From: Styela clava | Lineage: Eukaryota | Length of the DNA stretch: 64,000 nucleotides | Assembly (NCBI RefSeq): GCF_964204865.1 | Contig: NC_135253.1 | Span: 14,198,001 to 14,262,000, forward strand | Reading direction: 5' to 3' | Shown here: in pieces, positions 62,601-64,000 of the stretch | How positions within the stretch are numbered: the first letter of the stretch is position 1 | How the letters are laid out: every line of letters starts with the position of its first letter | Made by a program: the position numbers and the translations under genes | Notes under the pieces: generated by a model | Told to the model about the DNA's origin: nothing | Database searches by the model: none | What the model saw: only the letters and a program-made list of their open reading frames with translations

Positions 62601-63560
62601 ACCTTTTGATTCGGGAAAAAAAAATTCATGAAAAATCAAATATACCTCGTCTTTTGTGAGTGATTGGCATGATCTTTGTAAAGTGATGATTGCTGGATTC
62701 TCGGACATTCCATGAACAAGATGCCAAGATAATAAGTCTTTGAATGGATAAACTATATCTTGAGGTGCTGGTGTTAATGGAATGACTGGAAATAATTGAA
62801 CACAAACTTGTTAGGAATTAATAAAGATATGGATCTAATGGGGACTATCTCCCAGTGGTTCTTAACCTTTGCAAATGTGTTGAACCCCTACGTTATTCTG
62901 CAAGCTTTCGTCAAACCCTGATGTTTTGAGCAGGGCGCAGCCGAAACTTTATGAAAACATAAGTTGCAACAAGGGAACTACTAACTGCACATAGTTATAT
63001 GACAGCGAGGTTTTTTTGTCGAAGCCATAAGCAGGAATCGTCTAAAAACGAGCGACATTTCCAAAGAAGTATACAGAGATCAATTCATTGCCAGGTCCAC
63101 AGAAACTTATATCTGCGCGAAACTACACATGTAGCTATTTTATGAGTTAAAGTTTGAATATCGGCTGTGAAATAAAGTAATTTTTACATAATTAATAGAC
63201 TGTATAAGAGAAATACTTTATGATACACAAATGTTTCAGAGGACTTTCGTCATACCCCTGGAACAGCTCCACCGAACCCCAGGGGTTCAATCAAACCCAG
63301 GTTAAGAAAAACTGATTTATCTATTCAAGTAAACATAGCGAGGTGTCGTCTATCTGGAAAAATTCGCTAAAAAGTTCAATTAGATATGCTACACACCAGA
63401 ATTATCAGATTCCTTTCTATTTTTGGGAATCGCTCCAGATTTTGATCGAGTTGATGCGGGAGATGACGTAGGATGGGGAATCGGGATAGAAGTCGAAGAT
63501 GAATTAGTAGCTGTCTCCCATTCATCATCATCAGATTCTTGAATTCCATCTGCACTAATT
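53640..63560 (-). CDS. CUL9: Cullin-9 (PARC) C-terminal region: UBA-like, RING1-IBR-RING2, Ariadne domain and acidic tail. The 5' part lies beyond the window and exon boundaries are only partly resolved.
   Basis: HYPASCGHMSQWLEDGGYFEGMGDDARSKHLARLIAKRCPNCQANIEKDDGCLHMKC...DFCWRCLKPWRPTHRDYYKCSAKVSK...RCQFHH and ARK|ALAYSNIFSYY closely follow vertebrate CUL9 rather than ARIH1/2. Stop TAA at 53640-53642. Confidence 0.9.
60303..60988. mobile_element. hAT (Charlie-like) MITE in a CUL9 intron
   Basis: TIRs cagggttgtccaacc/ggttggaggaccctg with a perfect 8-bp TSD gcatagat. Subterminal gcgggcca motifs. Confidence 0.87.
61495..61740 (-). mobile_element. Diverged SINE copy
   Basis: Reverse match to the 14641 SINE (gaggaaagccgataag..cttaatcatatggcgaacc..ggttacca..catggact). 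Confidence 0.75.
62853..63314. mobile_element. hAT (Charlie-like) MITE
   Basis: TIRs cagtggttcttaacct/aggttaagaaaaactg and repeated gaacccc motifs shared with 18866-19314. The TSD is degraded. Confidence 0.7.
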
Positions 63561-64000
63561 TCTAAAAATAAAAATAATAGAATTTGAATGAAAATCAACT
63601 CAAAAACACAATCCTAAATAATTCGGACATATGAAATAGACAACTTATATTACACGCAGATGACAGATAAGTTAAATAAACATGATGGATAACGATAATT
63701 CATCAAATCAGCAAAGTGGAAAATGTAGTTGCATATTGATTTACTACAAAGAAACCTTAAGCCCAGGGTTGCTGAGTGAGGCAAAATTCACGATCGACTT
63801 TGATTCAGAAAAAATTTGATTCGGAACCTCGGGTCATAAAAAAATTTAGGTTCAGACCCGGGTTATAAAAAAATTGTGACTTCATATCCAGCTCCAACCG
63901 CAAGCCAAAATCAAATTTTGATAACGAAGACTTTAGCTTAAGCAAGCCTCATTTGACAAATTGTTACAAATGATTAGCAATTGTTTGAGTCAAATGTTTT

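Overview
AT-rich, intron-containing eukaryotic DNA with no prokaryotic, CRISPR or rRNA features. The host is inferred to be an invertebrate chordate, probably an ascidian, from a CUL9/PARC-type RBR gene, short introns of about 70-80 nt and a membrane-anchored Sulfotransfer_4 gene. Gene models were reconstructed by hand from GT-AG junctions and reading phase. In order: an apparently gene-free 8 kb; B3GALNT2 (-, 9 coding exons) with an intronless ARV1 filling almost all of its intron 2 on the SAME strand; MLH3 (+, 15 exons, about 825 aa, head-to-head with B3GALNT2) hosting an antisense CHST-type carbohydrate sulfotransferase in a 6.65 kb intron; a Sulfotransfer_4 gene (-); a decayed piggyBac; a head-to-tail duplication of an ENPP7-like gene; and the 3' part of CUL9 (-). 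Mobile DNA includes a tRNA-derived SINE family, hAT-type and MULE-type MITEs, a Helentron/HINE-like element carrying a 145/290-bp higher-order repeat, and a 99-bp-arm foldback insertion. The most unusual feature is the B3GALNT2/ARV1 architecture. ARV1 has no room for its own promoter and no canonical poly(A) signal within the intron, and it is bracketed by two GT..AG stubs of exactly 39 nt. This suggests it is cut out of the host pre-mRNA by SL trans-splicing or mutually exclusive splicing.
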